A stretch of 64,000 nt of DNA from Clostridia bacterium (lineage in GTDB: Bacteria > Bacillota > Clostridia > UBA1212 > DUPL01), in NCBI GenBank assembly GCA_050951325.1, contig JBMNIW010000001.1:224001-288000 (forward strand), given 5' to 3'. This document shows positions 54,058-63,446 of this stretch, piece by piece. A program made the translations under genes and the position numbers. Below the pieces are notes generated by a model. That model was not told the origin of the DNA. It was given only the letters and a program-made list of their open reading frames with translations, and did no database searches. Within the stretch, counting starts at the first letter, position 1; the number at the start of each line of letters is the position of its first letter.

Positions 54058-56092
54058 CCCTAGTTTAACAGTTGATATTTCAATTTAAATTGCATAAATG
54101 CCCTAAATAACGCCAACTTGGCGCCTTTTTTTATGTCAAATAATTTTCATCTTTCTGTTGTATAATGTAGTAGAACATGGTATAATATAACTGATTACTA
54201 TCAGGAGGTGCTGTTGGATGTTTTTGAAAGTTACCAAACTGAAAAACGGCAAAATCAATTTAAGTTTTGTTGAAGGTTATCGTGACCCTGCAACCAAAAA
54301 AGTCAAACATAAGCTGGTTGAGAATTTGGGCTATCTGGATGAATATCTTGATCGTTACGAGGATCCAATAGCGCATTTTAAAGAGATTGCACGCATTCGC
54401 ACCCAGGAACTTAACGAGGAAAAAAGTAAAAAGGAAATATTTCTGGGTACTATTTCTGAAGACGAGACCATGGAAGTGAACGAAGATTCCTTGCAGCACA
54501 TGGGATTCCTTCCTCTAAGCTCAATTTACCATCAGTTAAAAATCGACAAATTCATTATCAATCGTCAACGAAGCCTGTCCATGGATTATTCGCTAAACGA
54601 TGTTATGCAATTGTTGGTGTATACAAGGATTCTATCTCCAGGGTCCAAGATAGACAGTTACAGACAAAAAGAACGTATGGCTAAAGATTTCAAATGTGAT
54701 TGGTATGATGTTTATCGTGCATTGGACTATTTTGCATCTTTTCGAGATGACCTTCTCCTCCATCTTCACGAGCAGGTCAGAATCAACTATCAACGTAAAA
54801 CTGATGTTGGCTTTTATGATGTCACAAACTTTTACTTTGAGATTGATAAAGAGGATGAATTTCGTCGCAAGGGTTATTGCAAGCACAATACACGAAATCC
54901 GCTAGTGCAAATGGGACTGCTTCTTGATTCTGATGCTATTCCAATAGCGTATCAGTTATTTAAAGGGAACACCCATGACAGTCAGACAATGATGCCGCTG
55001 TTGCATAAAATACGTGCCAGTTATGGACTGGGTAGAATAATTACCGTAGCAGACAAAGGATTGAATAGCGGAGACAACATCGCATTTCTCATGGCCAAAG
55101 GAGATGGATTCATATTCTCTCAGAAAATACGGGGAGCTTCCAAAGATCTGCAAGACTATGTTTTTGATCAGTCAGGATATGTAGATGTGCACGGGATAGT
55201 AAAACATGCTGATGCATGGAACGAAAGGAATGGCAACCAGGACAGCGGGGTGTTCCGCATGAAATCGCGACTATATCCACAGGAATTCTGGGTAACTCAT
55301 GCAGATGATGTCAAACGCAAAATACCGTTGGATGTAAAACAGATTGTATGTTACAACGAGCTTTATGCAAGACGCCAGAAGCACAAGAGGGATGAACTTA
55401 TTGCCAAGGCCAAAAGAATCATAGAAAATCCCAAACGCTATGATAAGAGTGAGGCAGGTGGGGCATTACGATATGTAAAAAACATTGAATATGACCCGGA
55501 AACTGGTGAGTACATTAAAACCAGGCGTTTACCCAGCCTGGATGAAGACAGGATTGCGGAAGACGAAAAGTATGATGGCTACTATGCAATCATTACAAGC
55601 GAACTGGATATGCCAGACCATGATGTCGTCAAAGCATATCACGGTCTTTGGGAGATAGAACATAGTTTCAGGATTACTAAAAGCGATATTGAAGCCAGAC
55701 CTGTTAATGTTACACTCGAGCAAAGGATTGATGCCCACTTTCTTACATGTTTCATAGCCTTGCTAGTCTTAAGACTTTTGTGTAAACGACTGGACGGAAA
55801 GTATGCCCCTGAACAGGTAATCAAATCTTTGAGAAATTATCAGGTTTGTTGGATTAAGGACAATGTATACAAGGCAACCTACTATGACCAAATACTAAAA
55901 GATTTGGGTGAGGCTTTGAATTTGAGACTGGATAGACGCTTCCTAAAAGCAGGCGACATCAGGCAACTAATTGCAGATACCAAAAAGTGACCATAAATAC
56001 ACAACATTTTTCTGAAATAAACAAAACCTCACAAACCCACTAATTACAAGGGTTTATGGAGGTTTTTTTTAATTCTAACTGTTAAACTCAAG
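54058..56092 (+). mobile_element. IS1634-family element (copy 1)
   Basis: Imperfect IRs CCCTAGTTTAACAGTT and CTTGAGTTTAACAGTT (reverse complement) around the transposase. Confidence 0.85.
54218..55990 (+). CDS. IS1634-family DDE transposase
   Basis: FYDVTNFYFE, NPLVQMGL, VADKGL, YDGYYAI, YHGLWEIEHSFRI.K. Confidence 0.92.
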   Translation: MFLKVTKLKNGKINLSFVEGYRDPATKKVKHKLVENLGYLDEYLDRYEDPIAHFKEIARIRTQELNEEKSKKEIFLGTISEDETMEVNEDSLQHMGFLPLSSIYHQLKIDKFIINRQRSLSMDYSLNDVMQLLVYTRILSPGSKIDSYRQKERMAKDFKCDWYDVYRALDYFASFRDDLLLHLHEQVRINYQRKTDVGFYDVTNFYFEIDKEDEFRRKGYCKHNTRNPLVQMGLLLDSDAIPIAYQLFKGNTHDSQTMMPLLHKIRASYGLGRIITVADKGLNSGDNIAFLMAKGDGFIFSQKIRGASKDLQDYVFDQSGYVDVHGIVKHADAWNERNGNQDSGVFRMKSRLYPQEFWVTHADDVKRKIPLDVKQIVCYNELYARRQKHKRDELIAKAKRIIENPKRYDKSEAGGALRYVKNIEYDPETGEYIKTRRLPSLDEDRIAEDEKYDGYYAIITSELDMPDHDVVKAYHGLWEIEHSFRITKSDIEARPVNVTLEQRIDAHFLTCFIALLVLRLLCKRLDGKYAPEQVIKSLRNYQVCWIKDNVYKATYYDQILKDLGEALNLRLDRRFLKAGDIRQLIADTKK

Positions 56093-56221
56093 ATTATAAA
56101 TTACATTGCTTTATATTACAGGTTCATTCTTGTCAATTTGCCACTTTTTCGGTCTTTTCTTGTTGTTTCAGCTTAATCAATTATTGAACCAACCTGGTTA
56201 ATCTGTATAATAATATCAGGA

Positions 56222-57286
56222 GTGATGAAGTTGATTTTAAACAAAAACCTAGCAAGATACCTGCAGCCATTAACTGAAGAAGAATTAATATACAAAGAAT
56301 ATTATGAACTTAAGCAAAAGAACGCACCTCTTGAGGAATTCTTTGAATCCATTGCAAACAGGAATGATATAAGGAAAGACTTGTTCATAAAAGAATTGGA
56401 AGGCTCCGGATACTACGAAAAGGTAACGGATATATTCTATCCTTTCGACTACGACATAGTTGCAGCAAGACACACAAGATATCATCCCCTATTCTTACAC
56501 AGACATCCTTTTTATGAGATTGTCTATCAGATTGAGGGTACCTGCACAAATACAATAAACAACATAACAGTAGAGATGACGGAAGGGGACATATGTATAA
56601 TACCTCCAGGACCTGTTCATACCGTTGGTGTTTTTGACAACAGCATAATAGTTAACATACTTGTAAAACCGGAATCAATCACAAACTCGTTACACGAACT
56701 TCTTGCAAGAAACAATATTATAACCAAGTTCTTTGAGGGTAATGAGTTCACATACTCTTACAACTATGCACTGTTCAGGGTAACAAACGACATAGAGTTG
56801 AAAGACATAATGGAGTCGCTGATACTTGAATGTTTCAACAAGGATATTCATACGCTGCCCATGAGAAAGACTCTTCTAATGCTGGCATTCAATCACTTGC
56901 TGAGATACCAGCTTAACAACATGGAGCTTTCCGAGAACAAAAACAAACTGCACACAAAGGTACAAAGCATATGCCAGTATCTCAAGACAAGTTACCAGAC
57001 AACAAACTTAAATGACACTGCAAGGCAGTTCAATTACTCTCCCACATATCTTTGCAAATTAATTAGAAACAGTACCGGACATACCTTCAACGACATATTA
57101 ACCAGGATAAGAATAACCAAAGCTTGCGATCTCCTTGCCACAACAAAAAAGGGCATTAACGATATTGCAGAACTTGTAGGATACGAATCTCCTGAATACT
57201 TCAACAAAGTCTTCAAAAAATACATGGGTGTGTCCGCAACAGAATACAGGAAGGATTACAACATGTCGGTAATAAAGAATATGTAG
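56222..57286 (+). CDS. AraC-family regulator with cupin sensor
   Basis: H.RY.P..LHRH.FYEI.Y; C-terminal DIAELVGY..PEYF.KVFKK. Confidence 0.9.
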   Translation: MMKLILNKNLARYLQPLTEEELIYKEYYELKQKNAPLEEFFESIANRNDIRKDLFIKELEGSGYYEKVTDIFYPFDYDIVAARHTRYHPLFLHRHPFYEIVYQIEGTCTNTINNITVEMTEGDICIIPPGPVHTVGVFDNSIIVNILVKPESITNSLHELLARNNIITKFFEGNEFTYSYNYALFRVTNDIELKDIMESLILECFNKDIHTLPMRKTLLMLAFNHLLRYQLNNMELSENKNKLHTKVQSICQYLKTSYQTTNLNDTARQFNYSPTYLCKLIRNSTGHTFNDILTRIRITKACDLLATTKKGINDIAELVGYESPEYFNKVFKKYMGVSATEYRKDYNMSVIKNM

Positions 57287-57291
57287 ACAAC

Positions 57292-57316
57292 AAAGGCTGG
57301 CGATTGCCAGCCTTTT
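57292..57316. terminator. Bidirectional terminator
   Basis: AAAGGCTGGC-gatt-GCCAGCCTTTT between convergent genes. Confidence 0.85.
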
Positions 57317-57325
57317 ACGTCCTAT

Positions 57326-58210
57326 CTATCTGTATTTAATAACTACCTCGTCAACAATTGTCTTTGCAAAGTGGTTGAACAGTTTCAAAACACCCGTTTG
57401 GTCTTTTAGATTGTTTGCTGCCTTGTATATTTCATTGCCCTCGCCATCGTAAACAATTAGTTCGTCACCAACCATGTCAACGTGCATGAATAGTTCATCA
57501 TCTGCATAGTAGTATACAAGCCCGTTTGCATCAACGATTGTAAGTTTGTGTGTTTCCTTGAAACTAACCGGAACGTTTATCTTGCATGCTCCCTTTGGCC
57601 AGTGTGCTGGTACCCCATGATAGAGAACCAGTTCATTACTCTCAGTAACCGATAGATACAAACCACTATCCAAATCAGAAGGCTTGTAATCTTCGCCGCC
57701 AGGCTCATACACCCTTATACCTACAATGCATCCCATCCATACTTCCTGGTGAGAATCAGGATATGAGGTTTGAAAAGTTATGTGGTACTCATACTGGCTA
57801 ATAGTCTCATCAAAGTCACAGTATACCCCAGGCGCATAAGTTTGGGCTGCATCGAACCATTCATCAGTAGTTCCAATGTAGCTGAGGTAGAGCCTGTCAT
57901 CTATGATGCCATAATATTTTTGGTATCTCACAATGGCTTCAGGGCTGTACTGACCATCTTCAAAGTTATCTTCGAAAACCACGATAGCATCTTCTTGAGG
58001 TTTTCCAAGCTGGCTTTCATCAAGCTTTGGTAAACTTTCTGTAGGTTCGGGAGTCTCTTCAGGCTCCTTGGTGGTTGTAACTTCTTTAGTTTCAGAAGGA
58101 GTATTCTGCGGCTCCTTCGTTGTACCGGGTGTGTTTTGCTTGTTGCAGCTAATAAACACAAGAGACACCATTCCAATCAATATTAAAAGCAAAATACGTT
58201 TTATCCTCAT
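57326..58210 (-). CDS. Lipoprotein of unknown function, paralogue B1
   Basis: FISC lipobox, T/P/E linker; W..C.VG.RV, KP.D..SGLY, YHG..WP.GA, NNLKDQ.G..K.FNH. Confidence 0.75.
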   Translation of the reverse strand: MRIKRILLLILIGMVSLVFISCNKQNTPGTTKEPQNTPSETKEVTTTKEPEETPEPTESLPKLDESQLGKPQEDAIVVFEDNFEDGQYSPEAIVRYQKYYGIIDDRLYLSYIGTTDEWFDAAQTYAPGVYCDFDETISQYEYHITFQTSYPDSHQEVWMGCIVGIRVYEPGGEDYKPSDLDSGLYLSVTESNELVLYHGVPAHWPKGACKINVPVSFKETHKLTIVDANGLVYYYADDELFMHVDMVGDELIVYDGEGNEIYKAANNLKDQTGVLKLFNHFAKTIVDEVVIKYR

Positions 58211-58227
58211 ATTTGTTTTTACCTCCT

Positions 58228-60057
58228 TCAGTTCACGAAAACATAGTTAAGTCTTCCGTAAGGTGCGGTATCGCCATCGAGATAGAAGGACCAGAAATCT
58301 CCTTCTCCCTGATAGTTGTCGCTCCACTTGAACTCAATGTTTATTTCACTTCCAATGTCCAAACCAAGTGCATTCTTTGGAATTGAGAACATAAGCTTGT
58401 TACCTTCTGCCTTGTACTCAATTTCGGATACCTTTTCCCAATCCCAACCGCCTTTGCATTTCTCAACAACAGTTTTAGTATTGGAAAGAATCTGACGATT
58501 TATAACAAAGTCATATCCGTACCAATTGTCTTCGTTGTTTCCCGTTTTAATAAACAGGTTCATCCAATGTTCGTCCGTATACGGACTCAAAGGCTCTTTG
58601 GTTTCAACATAGAAATATACATTCTCACCATCATGTGTAACCTTGCTAAGTACAATATCGTTTCTACCCGTTTCATTGACATATACAATTTTTCCAAATC
58701 CTCTTGCATTTCTATGCATGGTGTCTCCAGCATAATCAACGTATGAAGTCCCAATATCGTCCCACTGGGAAAAATCCCCCTTTATGTCCACACTTGAGTG
58801 TGTAATTTCCTTGTTTTCCTCAAGCTCCTTGTTATTTACCTGCGCAGCACCCTTGAACTTTCGGATATAGTAGATTAGCTGCATATAGTAGTTGTCACCG
58901 TATCCGCCTTTCATGGGCTGAATATCTCTTGAGTAATTGGCAGTGGCTGCATCAACAAAAATAGCCACATCATTGTACCTCTGTTCGGTGACATCGTACC
59001 ACTCATTAAGTCTATAAGCTATCCACTCATTCCATCCTGTTACAAAGATAATATCAGGATCCACGCTTATAGCGTATTCGAACTGTTCAGCAAAGTTGTA
59101 TCCATGCAAGTACGCATCTTCGGATTTATCTTCCTTGCCATTATGGAAGCTTCTGCTTCTAACAGTTTCGTCACCGTGGAAAGCTCCGTTTGAGAACGCA
59201 AGCGAACCTGTATGCTGTGCCACCGATACACTAATTATCGTAGTACCAAGCTCCTTGCCAAAAAGATGCTGGGGACGTTCAAAAGCCATCCAGGGAAAAC
59301 CGTCTTCCCTTTTCGCTTCCCTTGGCCATTGTGAATACCTGATTGTAAAGAACTCTTTAAATTCGTCGGTAAAGGCAGGGTCATCAGTCTTGCCCAGAAT
59401 CAAAGGCTTTCCATCCAATTCAAACCACAAATGGCTGTACTCACTATGAGCTTTATATATCTCATTGAAAATCTCCATCATGTGGGTTCCCGGATTATGC
59501 TTTGTAACAAATGCCACCTTCGGTACCTTATAACCTTGCTTATAAAATTCGTCCAACACTTCGAGCAAGACAAGTACATGTTCTTTGTATGTTGCGCCAT
59601 TTGACGAATCAAGTATGAGAAAATCAACACCTGCATCCGTTAAAAGCATGACATCCCTTTGCTTTACCCATTTGTCGGATCCTCTGAAATAGCCAAATAT
59701 GGATTCTCCCCACCAGTGAATTGTATTAACAGCGCCTCCACCTGCATTAATCCAGCGCTCGTCGGATTTAAAAGCTTCTGGGTCCTTCTCAAGAATTTTT
59801 GAAATATCATAAGGTCCTTGTGTTGTTTTTCCACCGTGGTTGATAAAATAGAACATGCCAACCAGTTTGTCCTTGTTGTATTCAGGTATATCCTTGTCCG
59901 CAGGCATGCCCAACACTCTGCCAAGATCGTCAACTCCGGCGTAAGCCAGCATACCACCATCACTTTTATTATCTATCAAATCATTATCCTCCTTGTTGCA
60001 TCCAATCAAGGCAGCCAATAATATAAATGCTGCTATAAACGTTACAATTCTTTTCAT
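58228..60057 (-). CDS. Lipoprotein, putative glycoside hydrolase (GH99/GH71-like), paralogue A3
   Basis: LIGC lipobox; DDLGR, VGMFY, DAGVDF..LD.SN, GWNEW, SRDIQP, GRNDI, FKWSDN, GDTAPYGR. Confidence 0.6.
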   Translation of the reverse strand: MKRIVTFIAAFILLAALIGCNKEDNDLIDNKSDGGMLAYAGVDDLGRVLGMPADKDIPEYNKDKLVGMFYFINHGGKTTQGPYDISKILEKDPEAFKSDERWINAGGGAVNTIHWWGESIFGYFRGSDKWVKQRDVMLLTDAGVDFLILDSSNGATYKEHVLVLLEVLDEFYKQGYKVPKVAFVTKHNPGTHMMEIFNEIYKAHSEYSHLWFELDGKPLILGKTDDPAFTDEFKEFFTIRYSQWPREAKREDGFPWMAFERPQHLFGKELGTTIISVSVAQHTGSLAFSNGAFHGDETVRSRSFHNGKEDKSEDAYLHGYNFAEQFEYAISVDPDIIFVTGWNEWIAYRLNEWYDVTEQRYNDVAIFVDAATANYSRDIQPMKGGYGDNYYMQLIYYIRKFKGAAQVNNKELEENKEITHSSVDIKGDFSQWDDIGTSYVDYAGDTMHRNARGFGKIVYVNETGRNDIVLSKVTHDGENVYFYVETKEPLSPYTDEHWMNLFIKTGNNEDNWYGYDFVINRQILSNTKTVVEKCKGGWDWEKVSEIEYKAEGNKLMFSIPKNALGLDIGSEINIEFKWSDNYQGEGDFWSFYLDGDTAPYGRLNYVFVN

Positions 60058-60058
60058 C

Positions 60059-60949
60059 CTAACACCTTTCACTTACATTTTTTAAACGCATGAATACTGC
60101 AAAAAGTACAAAAGCTGCAATTATCATGGACAAAACAGCCATGAAAGAGTTGTCACCTGTTTCAGGATTTCCAGGCTCCGGCTCCGGAGCAGTAGCCACA
60201 TTGTAGATTTCAATGGAGTCAACTATGGTTTTTGTACTGTGATTGAATATCTTGAAATATCCAACCTGGTCTTTCAAATTGTTGTCGGCTTCATAGATAA
60301 CATTGCTGTCCTTGTCATAAGCAACAAGTTTGTCTCCTGAAATTTTTATGCTCAAGAACAACACTCTGGTTTCTTCTGGTGTATCCATGTAATACGAGAT
60401 TATATCATTGTCATCAACAATGTAAAGGGTATTGGTCTCTGCAAAGTTAGCCGGAATGTCAACAGTAAAAGCTCCTCCAGGCCAGCCACCGCCTCCATGA
60501 TAGACAACAGCCTTGTTGGTGTGGGCAATTCCTATATACAGTCCAGAGTTGGAATCCGCTGGCTTGAAATTGTTTTTGTCGTTGCCTGCAACCCTAATAC
60601 CCACCATGCATGAATACCAAAGGTCATTTCTGAAACCGTTACTCTTGAATTTGACAACATACTCATATTTCTCATGCTCCTCGTCAAACTCAAACTTTTC
60701 GTTGGCAATATATGCTTCAGCAGCATCTCCCCAGTCATTGTCGTTGGTGTTGAAGCCCATATAAAGCTGTTCATTCTCAATCTTGTGCCAAGCATTAAAG
60801 CGGAAAATAGCTTTAGGATTTGCCTGGTTGCCTGAAAAGTCATCAACATATATCAAATCTTTGGATGATGATGCTGTCACACCATTTGTAAATGCAAAAA
60901 ACATAACAAGAACAAGCATATAAAAAACAATATTTTTAGATTTAAACAT
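60059..60949 (-). CDS. Sortase-anchored protein of unknown function, paralogue B2
   Basis: Signal peptide; same domain as B1; NPETG + TM + basic tail. Confidence 0.75.
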   Translation of the reverse strand: MFKSKNIVFYMLVLVMFFAFTNGVTASSSKDLIYVDDFSGNQANPKAIFRFNAWHKIENEQLYMGFNTNDNDWGDAAEAYIANEKFEFDEEHEKYEYVVKFKSNGFRNDLWYSCMVGIRVAGNDKNNFKPADSNSGLYIGIAHTNKAVVYHGGGGWPGGAFTVDIPANFAETNTLYIVDDNDIISYYMDTPEETRVLFLSIKISGDKLVAYDKDSNVIYEADNNLKDQVGYFKIFNHSTKTIVDSIEIYNVATAPEPEPGNPETGDNSFMAVLSMIIAAFVLFAVFMRLKNVSERC

Positions 60950-60972
60950 ATCTATTTCTCCCCTTTTGAATA

Positions 60973-61224
60973 AACTGCTATAAGATTAACAAAAAGCAAA
61001 TCGCTTGTCTTCTGATATATTGAGTGTATTTTAGATATATTGACATTTCTTTTAATATTCTGTATCATTAAAAACATCTACAGCGAATATGGATGTGAAA
61101 AATATGTCAGAAAACACTAATTCAGGCTATATTATGTACGTATCAAACGCCAAATCAGATACAAACCAGATATTCAATATATCTAAACCCAAGGAAATCT
61201 TCAGATTCAGACACGCCCATGCCT
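60973..61224. repeat. 252-bp direct repeat (left copy) flanking IS1634 copy 2
   Basis: Colinear with 63195-63446; contains TTGACA-N17-TATCAT and the first 40 codons of the B3 gene. Confidence 0.92.
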
Positions 61225-63194
61225 CGATAGTTTGACACTTGCTCACATATCCGATTTTCAGAAAAGCTCATAATATGAGCTTTTTTTATATATTTTTTGT
61301 CAAATTTCCCTAGTTAGCTATTGCGTAATGTCTCGTAATGTGATATAATATCAGGTATTGGAGGTGTCATTATGGCTATTAGAGTATCAATATCTAAATC
61401 AAAAAATGCCAAGTCATACTATCTGATAGAAGATGTTGTGAAAAATGGAAAGAGAACAACGCAGATAAGAGAAAAACTTGGCACTCATGAGGAACTGCTT
61501 AAAGAACTTAACGGACAAGATCCGTATGAATGGGCTAAGAAATACGCCGAGGAACTAAATAGAAAAGAAAAAGAAAACGAACAGGAAAAGAATATTATCG
61601 TTAAGTATTCCCCCACCAAGCAAATTATGAAGAATAAACAGAATACATTTAATGGCGGTTACCTGTTCTTGCAGAAAATCTATTATGAACTGGGTTTGCA
61701 TAAGATTTGCGATGAAATATCTGAAAAATACAAGTTTGAATATGACTTGAACTCAATACTCTCGAGACTACTATACAGTAGAATAATATACCCTTCCTCA
61801 AAACTATCTACGTATAAATTATCAAAAAGATTTTTTGAGCAGCCCAATTTTGACTTGCATCATATATACCGGGCCTTAAGTGTTTTGGCGGAAGAAAATG
61901 ATTTCATACAAGCCACAATCTATGAGAACAGTAAAAAAATATGCAATAGAAATACCAAAATACTATACTACGACTGTACAAACTATTATTTTGAAATTGA
62001 TTACGAGGAAGATGACAAGAGGTATGGTTATGGGAAGGGTCATAAGCCAAATCCCATAGTGCAAATGGGACTGTTCATGGACGGAAGCGGCATCCCTCTT
62101 GCTTTTAGCATCAATAGAGGTAATGCCAATGAACAAACAACAATGGTACCACTGGAAGAAAAGATACTATCTGACTTTAATCTGGCAAAATTTATTGTTT
62201 GTACAGATGCCGGATTGTCATCAACAGCAAACCGGAAATTCAACGACAAAGGCGACAGGGCTTTTATCACAACCCAGTCTGTAAAAAAACTAAAAGAACA
62301 CTTGAAAAACTGGGCCTTGAAACCGACGGGATGGAGTTTGCCAAATGACAGTACAGAATATGACATCAGCAAACTTGATGAAGAAGAATACAAGGACAAG
62401 GTTTTTTACAAAGATCGTTGGATTAAGGAAGACGGTTTGGAACAGAAACTAATAGTGACATTTTCATTCAAGTACAGAAAATATCAACAGCAAAAGCGCC
62501 AAGTTCATATCGAAAAGGCATTAAGCTTGCTTGAAACAGAACCGCAAAAATCAAACAAGAAGCGAAACAGCGACTACAAACGTTTTATCAAAAGCGTTAA
62601 TTGCACAGAAAGTGGAGAGATAGCCGATAATGAAGTTTATTATATTGACGAAGAACTTATTGCCAACGAGCAGAAATATGATGGGTTCTATGCGGTATGC
62701 ACAAACCTTGATGATGATGCTTCAGAAATTGCAAAAATCAACCATAGACGCTGGGAAATAGAAGAATGTTTTAGAATAATGAAAAGTGAGTTCAAAGCCA
62801 GACCTGTTCATTTGAAAGACAAGGATAGGATACTTGCACATTTTGCTACATGTTTTATGGCATTAATTCTGTATAGAATACTCGAGAAAAGACTTGAAGA
62901 AAAATATACATGCTGTGAAATTATTCAGTGTTTGAGAGATATGAATTTTACAGACGAAAATGGGTATGGATACAAACCTTGTTATACAAGAACCGACTTG
63001 ACTGATGATTTGCATAACGTTTTCGGATTCAGGACTGACTATGAAATAATTACAGAGAAAGAGATGAAAAAAATATTCAAGCTCACTAAAAAGTAAAAAC
63101 ATTACGCATTTTTATTGACACATCAAGAAGTCTACAAACCCACTAAATACAAGGGTTTGTAGACTTTTATCTTTCTACAAGTGTCAAAGATGAG
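61225..63194 (+). mobile_element. IS1634-family element (copy 2)
   Basis: IRs CGATAGTTTGACACTTG and CTCATCTTTGACACTTG (reverse complement), bounded exactly by the 252-bp repeats. Confidence 0.9.
61372..63096 (+). CDS. IS1634-family DDE transposase
   Basis: YYDCTNYYFE, NPIVQMGL, CTDAGL, YDGFYAV, RWEIEECFRIMK. Confidence 0.92.
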   Translation: MAIRVSISKSKNAKSYYLIEDVVKNGKRTTQIREKLGTHEELLKELNGQDPYEWAKKYAEELNRKEKENEQEKNIIVKYSPTKQIMKNKQNTFNGGYLFLQKIYYELGLHKICDEISEKYKFEYDLNSILSRLLYSRIIYPSSKLSTYKLSKRFFEQPNFDLHHIYRALSVLAEENDFIQATIYENSKKICNRNTKILYYDCTNYYFEIDYEEDDKRYGYGKGHKPNPIVQMGLFMDGSGIPLAFSINRGNANEQTTMVPLEEKILSDFNLAKFIVCTDAGLSSTANRKFNDKGDRAFITTQSVKKLKEHLKNWALKPTGWSLPNDSTEYDISKLDEEEYKDKVFYKDRWIKEDGLEQKLIVTFSFKYRKYQQQKRQVHIEKALSLLETEPQKSNKKRNSDYKRFIKSVNCTESGEIADNEVYYIDEELIANEQKYDGFYAVCTNLDDDASEIAKINHRRWEIEECFRIMKSEFKARPVHLKDKDRILAHFATCFMALILYRILEKRLEEKYTCCEIIQCLRDMNFTDENGYGYKPCYTRTDLTDDLHNVFGFRTDYEIITEKEMKKIFKLTKK

Positions 63195-63446
63195 AACTGC
63201 TATAAGATTAACAAAAAGCAAATCGCTTGTCTTCTGATATATTGAGTGTATTTTAGATATATTGACATTTCTTTTAATATTCTGTATTATTTAAAACATC
63301 TACAGCGAATATGGATGTGAAAATTATGTCAGAAAACTCTAACTCCGGCTATATTTTATACGTATCAAACGCCAAATCAGATACAAGCCAAATAATCAAT
63401 ATATCTAAACCTCAGGAAATCTTCAGATTCAGACACGCCCACGCCT
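63195..63446. repeat. 252-bp direct repeat (right copy)
   Basis: Colinear with 60973-61224, with roughly 15 substitutions confined to the 3' part. Confidence 0.92.

Noticed and set aside
54058-63194. Composite transposon formed by the two IS1634 copies
   Set aside because: The transposases and IRs differ, and copy 2 has its own flanking duplication, indicating independent insertions.
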